IMG/VR virus record: IMGVR_UViG_2904899368_000001
Span: 5,901 to 69,900 of that record
Origin: a virus
Lineage: Duplodnaviria > Caudoviricetes
DNA: 64,000 nucleotides
Direction: 5' to 3' (one strand)
Positions 27,085 to 37,258 of the stretch are shown here, piece after piece. The notes under the pieces are model-generated. The model worked only from the letters and a program-made list of their open reading frames with translations. It did no database searches and had not been told where the DNA came from. A program made the translations under genes and the position numbers. Each line of letters begins with the position of its first letter. Positions within the stretch are counted from its first letter, which is position 1.

Positions 27085-27277
27085 CAACCCTTAGTAGTAG
27101 TCAAGCGAAAACAAGGACAAAAAGGCTTATGTAATTTACGGGGTGATGGAAATTGCCATCTGACACGACTGAAAGAAGCCGAAAAATTGCATGAGTGCTC
27201 TTGCGAGTAGCTTGAAAAATGATTGAGTTTGTGTTTAAGCCTGTCGGGAATATGCCCGGCAGGCATTTACGCAGAAA

Positions 27278-27808
27278 ATGTATGAAGTTGTACATAACCT
27301 GGAAAATATGGAAGTAACAATAAGGCCTCAAAGAATATCCGACGCAGAACATAGCTGGAGGATGCGTAAGGATAAGGATATATGGAAGTACGCTATTTGC
27401 GAAAGCCCCTACTCTCCCCTATCCCTTGAATCAGAAAACAACTTTTATAGAGAACAGTCAGAAAGTGATGAGTGTATACGCTTTGCTGTTCTGGCAGACG
27501 GCATATATGTCGGCAATGTTTTCATAGATAGAATAGATGAATCAGCATACGGATTTGGAGAACTTCACACTCATATCCTTAACAAAGCCTTTTGGGGTAA
27601 AGGCATAGGCTATGAATGTAACCGGCTTATCCTTGAATATGCTTTCCGCATCGCTAAAATGAATGGGGTTTACCAATATATCAATCCCTGTAATACCGCT
27701 GCATGGAAGAATGCCCTGAAACTCGGATTTAATGATATCGGTACTTCCTCTGTCAGGTCTAACGTACATATATTCATTATAAAAAAAGAGCAATGGATAA
27801 AAGAATAG
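27278..27808 (+). CDS. GNAT N-acetyltransferase (RimJ/RimL/SpeG-like)
   Basis: YVGNV, FWGKGIG acetyl-CoA motif, N.AA..ALKLGF. Confidence 0.8.
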   Translation: MYEVVHNLENMEVTIRPQRISDAEHSWRMRKDKDIWKYAICESPYSPLSLESENNFYREQSESDECIRFAVLADGIYVGNVFIDRIDESAYGFGELHTHILNKAFWGKGIGYECNRLILEYAFRIAKMNGVYQYINPCNTAAWKNALKLGFNDIGTSSVRSNVHIFIIKKEQWIKE

Positions 27809-28401
27809 AAATTATAGAACTGCCTGTGTCCGAACTTAAGACAGAGTTTGGGAATCCCCGTAAACCATTAAAGAAGAAGGCCAAGGAGAAGCTGAAGGAG
27901 TCACTTGACAACCTTGGCGATTTCGGCGTTATCGTCATTGACGAACACAACAATATCATATCCGGACACCAACGTGTTTCCATTCTTATGGAGAATCCTG
28001 ACACTCAAGTTTTGTGCAAACGCCTTATTGGTTACAGTGAATCAGAATTAAAGGCTATTAATATCAAAGCGAACACCCATGCCGGCGAATGGGATATGGA
28101 CAAGCTGGCTGAATGGACCGCAGACTTGAAAATCGATTTGAGCCTTGACCTTGAAAATCTGAATGTCAAAGAAACAAAGATCAAGGATATGGAACTGATA
28201 CGCTATGAAAAATACGATTATGTGATGATTGTATGTCGTAACGAGATAGACCATCTGAATCTGACCCGTGCTCTTGGAATTGACGACAAGAAAGTTCTTG
28301 TATCCAGAAACGCCACCAGAGAGCGTAAGATTAAAGCACGTGCCGTATGGTACGATGATATAAAAGCCCAGATTATGCCTAAAAAAGAAAAAGAACAATG
28401 A
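27793..28401 (+). CDS. ParB/Srx-domain protein
   Basis: NPRK..LKESL..G; IVIDEHNNIISGHQR; KANTHAGEWD. Confidence 0.85.
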   Translation: MDKRIEIIELPVSELKTEFGNPRKPLKKKAKEKLKESLDNLGDFGVIVIDEHNNIISGHQRVSILMENPDTQVLCKRLIGYSESELKAINIKANTHAGEWDMDKLAEWTADLKIDLSLDLENLNVKETKIKDMELIRYEKYDYVMIVCRNEIDHLNLTRALGIDDKKVLVSRNATRERKIKARAVWYDDIKAQIMPKKEKEQ

Positions 28402-29429
28402 AAAATTTCAATGTACTGCTTACGTGCTGCTCCATCCACGTAAAAGAAATGATAGATTGTTTGAAAAACAATGAAGACGGAGTTGATATAAAAGTATATG
28501 TCGCAAATTCCGTTGCGGCCAACCTCCCGCCTGCTGAACTGTCAGACGGTAATTTTGTGGTTCCGCCCATTTCTGCTCCAAATTATGTTGAAACACTCAT
28601 ATCCTTATGCAAGGAATATGATGTTTCAATCATCATGCCTACAGCGACATTGGAGTTGGAAATAATGGCTCGCGCTAAAGATAAGTTTGAGCAAAACGGT
28701 ATTCTTGTATCTGTTTCTTCTATTGACAGTCTTCTGGTTGCCAACAATAAGATTGCTCTTTATAGTTGTTATGCCGGCTTAATGCCCAAACAGATCATTC
28801 CTGAGAGTGTTTCCGATGTGGATGCTTTCGCCTCTATGTTCAAGTACAAAAACAGCTCTATCTGTTGTAAAGTGGACAATCTGTGCGGCGGTAAAGGCTT
28901 CGCCGTTGTGGATGACAAGAAGTGCAATGATACCTCTCTATTCAACAAGTTCGGAGAAAACAGATACATATCCTTGCTTGATTTGAAATCCATCGTTGAC
29001 AATGGTAAAAATAAGGTTATCCTTCAGCAGAGAATCGAAGGACTGGATTACACCGTTAGTGCGCTTGCAGACAAAGGAGTAGTTACTCATATCTGCGGTT
29101 ATGTCGGCTACATGATGGCTTTCGGCTCCATTATGTATGGAGAAATCCAGTCCAACGACATGGCGTATGATATTGTCAGCAAGATTGTGAGAGAACTTGA
29201 ACTTGATGGTAATGTGGCTTTTGACTTCATTCTGAAGAAGAGCGGCAAGGTGGTACTGCTTGAAATAAACCCGCGTATCAATGCCTCTCTCCCGTTTGTA
29301 CGTCATGCAGGTTGCAATATGGTTTATTTGCGATGCAAACAATTACTTGGTTATGAAATTCCATCCACATATGAACTAAATTATGGATTAAAGATGAAAA
29401 AGTTCTATGACACCCGGTATTACGTTTAA
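28398..29429 (+). CDS. ATP-grasp ligase
   Basis: GGKGFAVV loop, QQRIEGLDYTV, FDFIL..LLEINPR. Confidence 0.85.
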   Translation: MKNFNVLLTCCSIHVKEMIDCLKNNEDGVDIKVYVANSVAANLPPAELSDGNFVVPPISAPNYVETLISLCKEYDVSIIMPTATLELEIMARAKDKFEQNGILVSVSSIDSLLVANNKIALYSCYAGLMPKQIIPESVSDVDAFASMFKYKNSSICCKVDNLCGGKGFAVVDDKKCNDTSLFNKFGENRYISLLDLKSIVDNGKNKVILQQRIEGLDYTVSALADKGVVTHICGYVGYMMAFGSIMYGEIQSNDMAYDIVSKIVRELELDGNVAFDFILKKSGKVVLLEINPRINASLPFVRHAGCNMVYLRCKQLLGYEIPSTYELNYGLKMKKFYDTRYYV

Positions 29430-30156
29430 CATATACGTCATGTCATATCAGCGACCTCATAAAATAATGACTAAGAATTGCCTTGAATACTGTACTTATG
29501 TCGTTAGGGAAGAAGAAGCTGATGCTTATAGAAATGCCGGCATAGATGATATGCTTGTCATTCCTAAGGATGCCACGCTTGAATGTGGCGGCAAGGTACA
29601 TAGTTTCATGTCAACGCTATATTGGATAATTGAAAACACACCGGAGGATGTGATATTTGTTGCCGATGATGATATAAAGCGTTTCTGTTATCGACTTGAC
29701 AATTATACTGCCATCACAGCAGAAAACTACCCTGACTGGAAAGAACGCACATGTGATGAAATACTCCGTATCGGCCAGCTACTTTACGATTTAAATCTTG
29801 GGCTTGCTTTTGATAATCCACAAATGGCTTTGTATGTGTATGACAAGGAATTTTGTTTTAAGGGAATGCCCGGTCATGTAAGATGGATAAACAAGAAAGC
29901 ACTCAAGGCCAGATATGATCTGAAAGACCCGGCGATATCCGATGTTGATATGATGTTACAGGAACTGCTTATGAACAGAGTTGTACTCCTGCCTAAATAT
30001 TTTCACAGCTACGGTATCCAAGCTTCCAATGAAGGAGGAACCACCATTGATTCCAGAAAGAACTACGAATATAGATGTGCAATGAAAAATAAATGGGGAA
30101 AGTATTATGAATTTGACTTTAGAAAAAATACAGCAAAGATTAATGTCAAGCGATGA
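29407..30156 (+). CDS. GREB1/TET-associated glycosyltransferase-like (TAGT, GT-A fold)
   Basis: YVMSYQR N-terminus, VVREEEADAY, DDDI DxD motif, DVDM..Q, N.GG..KWG. Confidence 0.65.
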   Translation: MTPGITFNIYVMSYQRPHKIMTKNCLEYCTYVVREEEADAYRNAGIDDMLVIPKDATLECGGKVHSFMSTLYWIIENTPEDVIFVADDDIKRFCYRLDNYTAITAENYPDWKERTCDEILRIGQLLYDLNLGLAFDNPQMALYVYDKEFCFKGMPGHVRWINKKALKARYDLKDPAISDVDMMLQELLMNRVVLLPKYFHSYGIQASNEGGTTIDSRKNYEYRCAMKNKWGKYYEFDFRKNTAKINVKR

Positions 30157-31243
30157 TTTGAAAACACCTCTATACATTGCAGACAAAAATGACTTCAAAC
30201 GGAATATCACCGATTTTGTAGCCGCTTTCAGAAAATACTACCCAAACTATAATATCGGGTACAGTTTCAAGACGAATTACTGCAAAGAATTCATCAATGT
30301 GGTAAAAGAAATCGGTGGATATGCAGAAGTTGTTTCTCCCAAAGAGTATCAGCTTGCACGGAACTATGGATTTGATGACAGCCGGATTATATACAATGGA
30401 GTTATCCCTGATTTGGGCAATAAGATACGATGTGCTAATCATGGTGGAATAGTGAACGTTGATAATGTAGGTGAGCTTGGTTCACTTATCGGAATATACA
30501 CCTCACCGCTTGCAATTGGAGTGCGTCTAAATTTTGATATTGGGAATGGCATAGTTTCAAGATTTGGAATTGATGTTGATAGCAAAAGTTATCAAGAAAT
30601 CATAGAACTACAACGAAGAGGATTGATAAAAGTCAAATGTGTTCATTGTCATATTTCTTATGCTCGTGGACTGTCGTATTTCAAGAAGCGTGCCGAAATG
30701 ATGGCTCGATATGCAAAAGAACTTAGAGCCAATATAGTTGATATTGGCGGCAACATGTTCGGTCGCATGGATGACAGTTTAAAAGCTCAATATGGAGAAT
30801 ATATACCATTGTATGAGGAGTATGCCAAAACTATTGGTGAAGTCTTTGCAAGAGAGTTCCCTGATGGAGAAGTGCAGCTTGTCACCGAGAATGGCACACC
30901 GATAGTTTCCACTTCCATGTCTCTACTTGCAACCATTATCGGCAAGAAAGTTATCAGAGGAAAAACAATGCTCGTTGTGGATTGCAAGCGTGATGATGTC
31001 GGTTTTGTCTGCCATACGAAAAATCCACCTTGCAATGTGCTTTCAAACGATAGCGATTACGTCGAACACGCTACCATTTACGGATGTACCTGTATTGAGA
31101 ATGATATTATCCATCGTGATTATTCCGGTCCAACTAATATTGGTGATAAGATTCTTATTTCTAATGTTGGAGCTTATGGTTGTAATGTTGCCAATGACTT
31201 TATAACACATAAACCAAAATGTATTTGCATTGATGATATATAA
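30143..31243 (+). CDS. PLP-dependent fold-III decarboxylase (LysA/ODC/BtrK-like)
   Basis: TPLY, YSFKTN (PLP lysine), EVVS..EY, IIYNG, SRFG, HCH, DIGG, GCTCIEND, NVGAY. Confidence 0.85.
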   Translation: MSSDDLKTPLYIADKNDFKRNITDFVAAFRKYYPNYNIGYSFKTNYCKEFINVVKEIGGYAEVVSPKEYQLARNYGFDDSRIIYNGVIPDLGNKIRCANHGGIVNVDNVGELGSLIGIYTSPLAIGVRLNFDIGNGIVSRFGIDVDSKSYQEIIELQRRGLIKVKCVHCHISYARGLSYFKKRAEMMARYAKELRANIVDIGGNMFGRMDDSLKAQYGEYIPLYEEYAKTIGEVFAREFPDGEVQLVTENGTPIVSTSMSLLATIIGKKVIRGKTMLVVDCKRDDVGFVCHTKNPPCNVLSNDSDYVEHATIYGCTCIENDIIHRDYSGPTNIGDKILISNVGAYGCNVANDFITHKPKCICIDDI

Positions 31244-31256
31244 GCCGTTAATCATT

Positions 31257-31332
31257 GTTTAACTCATTGTTAATCAGATATTTAAATTTTAATATCTCAC
31301 TATAAATCAGTATCTTAGCATTATAAAAGAAA
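31257..31332 (+). promoter_or_regulatory. phage promoter module, copy 2
   Basis: shares GTTTAACT, TGTTAATCAGAT, AATCAGTATCTTAGC and TATAAAAGAAA with 20003-20078. Confidence 0.5.
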
Positions 31333-31365
31333 AGCAAAGTAATAATTTAAAATAAGAGATAGACA

Positions 31366-31554
31366 ATGAAAGCAACAAAGTACATTAATTCAAAAGGTTT
31401 GCCAAAAGGTGCATTTATTTACAAAATAAAGAAAGATGGAACGAAATCTGCTCGCCCTACATTTCATCAGTTTTGTGGAACTGAAAAAACGGCAGAGGAA
31501 ATGATAGCAAGATTGATTAAATTGAATCCAAATTCAAAATTTGAAATCGCATAA
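31366..31554 (+). CDS. small basic hypothetical protein
   Basis: ORF after promoter copy 2. Confidence 0.55.
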   Translation: MKATKYINSKGLPKGAFIYKIKKDGTKSARPTFHQFCGTEKTAEEMIARLIKLNPNSKFEIA

Positions 31555-31565
31555 TAGATTGAGAT

Positions 31566-32579
31566 ATGGCAAATGCACTATACACAAAAAACGGTCACAA
31601 TATGTTTGAGGTTTCATCCCTCATTCAGAAGGCAATACGCAGGAGCAACAAAGACTATGCCTGCTATGCTGCTAACGAGTTGGCACCACGATTTAGAAAA
31701 TATCTGTGGAAGCGATTACTCTGTGTTTCAGCAGAGGATTGTTATGACCTTGTTACGAATAAGATTGTAGCACTCAAACAGGCTGATGACGCACAAAGCT
31801 GGCAGGACAAATCACCTCTATTCATTGAAAAGGCTCTCGGCATTCTTCTTGCCACAAGAAAGAATCGTGATGCTGATTATTTCGCCTGTAACCTGCTTAA
31901 TTCAAGAAACAGGATAGAATTGCCAAAGGATGAATATGTCGGAAGTAATGCCGGATGTTACACCAAAAATGGGCATGACATGTTTTTAGTTGCCGGATTA
32001 TTGGAACGTGCCATAATCGGCAAAGACGATATCAGAGCCGGTTATCTGGCCAATGAGTTAATGGTAAGGTATCGGGAGTTCCTTTGGAAACGGCTTATTA
32101 TGATAGCAGGTAATCTCAACTATCAGGCTATTACCACTGAAATTGTCGCATTGAAGAAAGCAGACGATATGCAACCCGGTAGTTCACCTAAATCATCCAT
32201 TTTCGTAGCAAAGGCTGTTACCGTACTTCTGAAAGTTGTAAAATACGGATATTGCGGTTTCTATGCAAATGATTTCCCTTATCCTGTCACATGTTTGAAA
32301 GACTATGACAACAGATACATGTCAATACCTAATTATGTATTTGACTGCCATACCCATAAAGGGAAGCAAAGAGGAAAGACCAAAAAAGAATTTATCATTG
32401 CCGAACAATCCGCATTAACCCCTTACAAAGAAGGTGAATACGACCAATGTGGTTGGGACAGATTTTTCTATCTGGAGAAGAACGGATTCTATGACAAGGA
32501 TCATATAACTCCGAGGCCGGATGAGAAAAAAATGAAAGAGATTGAGGACGGATGCGTACAGCAGTCCTTGTTTGATTGA
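31566..32579 (+). CDS. protein with a tandemly duplicated RarA/MgsA C-terminal-like helical domain
   Basis: two YTKNGH.MF...ANEL...LWKRL...IVALK.ADD units; SLIQKAIRRS; IPNYVFDCHT. Confidence 0.55.
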   Translation: MANALYTKNGHNMFEVSSLIQKAIRRSNKDYACYAANELAPRFRKYLWKRLLCVSAEDCYDLVTNKIVALKQADDAQSWQDKSPLFIEKALGILLATRKNRDADYFACNLLNSRNRIELPKDEYVGSNAGCYTKNGHDMFLVAGLLERAIIGKDDIRAGYLANELMVRYREFLWKRLIMIAGNLNYQAITTEIVALKKADDMQPGSSPKSSIFVAKAVTVLLKVVKYGYCGFYANDFPYPVTCLKDYDNRYMSIPNYVFDCHTHKGKQRGKTKKEFIIAEQSALTPYKEGEYDQCGWDRFFYLEKNGFYDKDHITPRPDEKKMKEIEDGCVQQSLFD

Positions 32580-32662
32580 ATGTTTTAATTGATAACTAGT
32601 GTATATCCGATGCGTCTTTGGTGAAAAGCCGAAGACGTATCGGCATGTAAAGTTATAAAATT

Positions 32663-33010
32663 ATGGGAAAGAAGGAAAGACAAGAATTGTTTTTGAAACA
32701 TTTCCGTGAAAGTCATGGAATTGTTTCGTATGCCTGCCAGAAAGTAGGTATAACGAGAGCCTGTTATTACAAATGGCGGGACAGTGACCTTAAGTTCAAG
32801 GAACGTGCTGAGGAAGTAGAAGAAGAAACCATTGATGTAGTCGAATCTAAATTGCTTTCCGCAATCAATAATGATGATTTAACTGCGATAATCTTTTATC
32901 TGAAAACAAAGGGTAAGAAACGTGGTTATGTTGAGCGTGTCGAGCAGGATGTCAATGTCAATCCATTCGAAAGTTTGATAAAAGAATTGCCGGACAAAAT
33001 AGAAGAATAA
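32663..33010 (+). CDS. terS: terminase small subunit (putative)
   Basis: HTH with ACQKVGITRACYYKW; AIIFYLKTKGKKRGYVER; directly precedes terL. Confidence 0.7.
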   Translation: MGKKERQELFLKHFRESHGIVSYACQKVGITRACYYKWRDSDLKFKERAEEVEEETIDVVESKLLSAINNDDLTAIIFYLKTKGKKRGYVERVEQDVNVNPFESLIKELPDKIEE

Positions 33011-34520
33011 TGATCTGAGCGATAAGGCAGCCTTGTATATGCAGGCGTGGAGAGACGATTGGTGCAAGTTCTGTTCCGATGTGCTGAAAGCGCGTTTGGA
33101 TAAAGAACAGCAGGATATTATTCACTCGGTTCAATACAACCGAATGACCGCTGTAGCCTCCGGAACTGCCCGTGGCAAGGATTTCTGTGCCGCTTGTGCC
33201 GCTATGTGCTTTATGTATCTTACTCCACGCTGGGTTAACGGAAGATTGGTAAAGAATACCAAAATTGCAATGACAGCTCCGTCCGGTCGCCAAGTAAAAG
33301 ATATTATGATACCGGAAGTTTCCAGGCTATTCCGGAATGCTGGTTTCCTGCCTGGACGTTTATTGTCTTCAGGAATCAGAACCAACTACGAAGAATGGTT
33401 TCTAACGGGGTTCAAGAGTTCTGATGACAATATGGAAGCATGGTCTGGATTCCATGCCGTAAACACATTGTTTGTTGTTACGGAAGCCTCCGGTATATCA
33501 GAAGTTATCTACAATGCCATCGAAGGTAATTTGCAGGGAAATTCCCGTTTGCTAATAGTGTTCAACCCTAACGTGACCACAGGATATGCTGCACGTGCCA
33601 TGAAGTCTGACCGTTTTGCCAAATTCAGGTTAAGTTCCCTTAATGCTGAGAATGTTGTAAGCAAGAAAATAGTTATTCCTGGTCAAGTTGATTATGAATG
33701 GGTGAAAGACAAAGTGGAAAACTGGTGCTCACCTATCCAGCAAGCTGACTTCAACGAAGGTGAAGGGGACTTCAAATGGGAAGACGGTCTATATCGGCCG
33801 AATGACTTGTTCCGTGTGAAAGTGCTCGGTATGTTCCCTAAAGTGGCGGAAGATGTGCTTATCCCCTACGAATGGATTGAAATCGCCAACGAGAATTGGA
33901 GGAAACTGCAAGAAGATGATTTTGTTCCAAAGAAAAGCTGCAAGATTGGTGTCGATGTTGCCGGCATGGGACGTGATGACAGTGTGCTGTGTCTAAGATA
34001 TGGCAACTATGTCAGTGAGTTTGAAGCGCACCAGTCTGCTGGAACGGCAGACCACATGCACGTAGCCGGAATGATAACCAGATATCTTGACAAGAAGGGT
34101 GCGAAAGCATTTATTGATACTATCGGCGAAGGAGCAGGAGTGTTATCTCGGTTGCAGGAACTTGGGTACCCAAATGTGTATTCTTGTAAGTTCTCCGAGA
34201 GTGCACGTGGGCTGCATGATATAACAGGCGAATACACCTTCGCCAACATGAGGGCTTATCTGTTTTGGGCGGTACGTGACTGGCTTAATCCCAAAAATGG
34301 GTTTGGTGCCGCTCTCCCACCCTGTGATAAACTTATGGAAGAAGCAACGGAAACACATTGGGGATTTATGAGTAATGGCAGTATCATCATAGAAAAGAAA
34401 GAGGAGATTAAAAAACGTATCAAACGTTCTCCTGACTGGTTCGATTCCCTCGCCAATACATTCTTTCCGTGGGATTACTTGGCTGTCAGTGATGAGGATA
34501 TTCTACGAAATATGTTGTGA
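33010..34520 (+). CDS. terL: terminase large subunit (probable 1-nt deletion in the start region)
   Basis: SGTARGKD Walker A, VVTEASG Walker B, IVFNP, IGVDVA..GRD, IDTIGEG, SPDWFD. Confidence 0.9.
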
Positions 34521-34546
34521 GTTGCATAAATTGAAATACAGGAATT

Positions 34547-34861
34547 ATGAAACAGCAAGATTTAAACCGTATGGCAATATTCTTAGGGCATAAATTGCCC
34601 ATTCCGCAGGAAGAACATATTGCCGATACTATCAATAAGATAGAAGCGATATTGCAGAAAAAGAAAATAAACAAGTTTGTTAATGCTTCTGCCAAAGAAG
34701 GATATACTAAAGCATTGGAAATTCTTAAAAATAATGATGTCACTTTTAACAGATATGATGAGCTGAAAACTATACAGTCAAAATCCATAGCTGCCATCAC
34801 CGTAGATTATTTGAGAGGAAAATGTGCACAAGAAATCCTTTGCAATATTCCTCTGAAATAG
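34547..34861 (+). CDS. hypothetical protein
   Basis: 104-aa ORF. Confidence 0.55.
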   Translation: MKQQDLNRMAIFLGHKLPIPQEEHIADTINKIEAILQKKKINKFVNASAKEGYTKALEILKNNDVTFNRYDELKTIQSKSIAAITVDYLRGKCAQEILCNIPLK

Positions 34862-34893
34862 TTTTATTTTATTTGTTTTTCAAATAAAATGAT

Positions 34894-35028
34894 TATATTT
34901 GCGACATAGCATTTGGTGCTAACGTGCTCCTTCACGTTACCGGGTAGTGCGTATTGTATTATCCGGTTTCTTTTTGGAGCAGTATTATGTGTAACTAACC
35001 ACCGTATGAAGGAGTACGGAACTACATT
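34894..35028 (+). promoter_or_regulatory. promoter and structured leader of the antirepressor
   Basis: TATATTTG; terminator-like ACCGGG/TCCGGT + T tract; alternative pairings. Confidence 0.45.
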
Positions 35029-35790
35029 ATGAACACAATTAAAATTTTTGAGAATGAGCAATTCGGAAAGGTAAGAATTGCGATGAGTGAGAATAACGAA
35101 CCTTTCTTTTGCTTAGCAGATGTATGCCAGATTTTGGATTTGATTCCCAGTAAGGTAGCGCAAAGATTAGATAAGGATGTACTTTCAAAGTATCCCCTTG
35201 AAACAGCCGGTGGAATCCAACAGGCAAATTTTGTTGATGAGGATGGTTTGTATGATACAATATTGGATAGTCGTAAGCCTGAAGCTAAAAAGTTCCGCAA
35301 ATGGGTAACAAGCGAAGTGTTGCCACGTATCCGTAAGACAGGTGGCTACATCGCTACCAAAATGGACGACACTCCAGAAGAAATCATGGCACGTGCGCTT
35401 ATTGTGGCACAAGAAACACTGAAACGAAAAGAACAGCGTCTTATAGAGGCTGAGCGGAAGATCCAAAAAGATGCTCCTAAAGTCCTTTTTGCTGATGCTG
35501 TCTCAACTTCACATCGCTCTTGTTTAATTGCTGAACTGGCTAAAATATTACAACAAAATGGGGTGAATATCGGTCAGAACCGTTTGTTTAGCTGGATGCG
35601 CGAGAATGGTTATCTTTGTCAAAAAGGTGACTACTACAATCAGCCGACGCAGAAATCTATGAAATTGGGACTTTTTGAGCTGAAGCAAACCACCATCAAC
35701 AAGCCGGATGGTACCATGCTTGTCACGACCACGACCAAAGTAACCGGCAAAGGACAAGTATATTTCGTGAATAAATTCCTATCCAAATAA
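35029..35790 (+). CDS. BRO-N / KilAC (ANT) antirepressor
   Basis: FENEQFGKVR, FCLADVC, FRKWVTSEVLPRIRKTGGY; PKVLFADAV, GQNRLFSWMRE, KVTGKGQVYF. Confidence 0.9.
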   Translation: MNTIKIFENEQFGKVRIAMSENNEPFFCLADVCQILDLIPSKVAQRLDKDVLSKYPLETAGGIQQANFVDEDGLYDTILDSRKPEAKKFRKWVTSEVLPRIRKTGGYIATKMDDTPEEIMARALIVAQETLKRKEQRLIEAERKIQKDAPKVLFADAVSTSHRSCLIAELAKILQQNGVNIGQNRLFSWMRENGYLCQKGDYYNQPTQKSMKLGLFELKQTTINKPDGTMLVTTTTKVTGKGQVYFVNKFLSK

Positions 35791-35831
35791 AAAACAAGCG
35801 GTGCGAAGCTGCACCACACAACAGTATAACA

Positions 35832-37237
35832 ATGGACGAAATTACCACAATCCTTGACAGTACAAGACCTGTTTCTGACATTATCAGTGATTTGAAAGAA
35901 AAATCAGTGGATGTGCCGGAATGGAGCAAGTCGCTGAAAGATTACGATCCCTCCAGACATAAAATCGTGACTGACAAACTGACCCGTAAGGACAAAATAA
36001 GATCTGATGGAAGAGTCGAGCCGGCTTCGCGTATTCATCTTGGTCTGGAGAAACTGCTTGTGAAACGTATTACGGAATTCGCTTTCGCTATTCCCGTCAG
36101 ACGTGTCTACCATAATACGGAAGAAAATAAAAAACGCCAGCAGATAACCAAAGCTATTGAAGCAATCTATAAATATGCCCGTATAGATTCCGAAAACATC
36201 AAACGTGGCAATGCCTATTTCGCATCCTGTGAAATTTTCACCATCTGGTATGTGGTAGAGAGACCAAACACACTATACGGATTCAACAGCAAGTATAAGC
36301 TGAAATGCAAGACATACTCGCCGATGGACGGGGTTAGATTATATCCCTTGTTTGACGAGTGGGGAGACATGATCGCCATGTCCTCGAATATAAGAAGAAG
36401 ATAAAGGATAAGGAGTTCACTTTCTTTGAGACATATACCGCTGACCGTCATTACAAGTGGAAACAACAGGGGGAAGCCAGCTGGATTGCTGTTACAGATC
36501 CCGAAAGGATTATCCTCAAAAAGATTCCCGGAGTTTATGCATACCGCCCCGCTCCTATTTTTCATGGACTAGAGCATATCCGTGAGGAAATTGAATACAC
36601 GCTCTCCCGTAACTCAGACGTGATAGCCTACAATTCCGCCCCCTTACTGAAAGTGACAGGCGAACTTGTCGGTGACGAGGACAAGGGAGAGGCCCGCAGA
36701 TTGTTCCGTCTAAAGAATGGCGGTGACATAGCTTATGTTTCATGGACCCAGGCCATAGAAGCTCTGAAATATCATGTGGATACATTGCTCAAGCTTTTCT
36801 TCATGCAGGCCCAGATGCCAGACCTATCTTTCGAAAACATGAAAAGTCTTGGTAACATAGGTTTTGATGCCAGACAAATGATATTGTCTGACGCCCATCT
36901 GAAAATCGGGGATGAGTCAGGTGCCTGGATAGAGTTCTTTGAACGGGAGTGTAATGTCATCAAAGAATTTCTGAAAATGATGAATACTTCATGGGCTGAT
37001 GAGATTGACAATATAGAAGTTGAGCATGTCATTACTCCGTTTATTCAGAATGATGAGGACGCGCTGATTAACAGATGTATGAAAGGGAATGGAGGCAAAG
37101 CGATATTCAGCCAGCTTGAATCCATCGAAATGGCAGGTTACTCCAATGATCCCAAAGGAACATTAAACCAGATTCAAAAAGAAGACAAAGCGGACCGACA
37201 GGCAAGGATGAACAACTTGTTTGAAGGTGCCGAATAG
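35832..37237 (+). CDS. portal protein, SPP1-like (frameshift near 36385)
   Basis: two ORFs join on restoring one T (MSFEYKKK); position after terL. Confidence 0.75.
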
Positions 37238-37258
37238 TAAATAACAAATATAGGAAAT

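Noticed and set aside
27101-27215. Hammerhead or other self-cleaving ribozyme
   Set aside because: CTGA and GAAA are present but not arranged as the CUGANGA/GAAA core with three stems.
27278-32579. TET/JBP dioxygenase or hydroxymethylase partner for the glycosyltransferase
   Set aside because: No ORF with HxD...H 2OG-Fe(II) or thymidylate-synthase-like motifs was recognised; it may lie outside the window.
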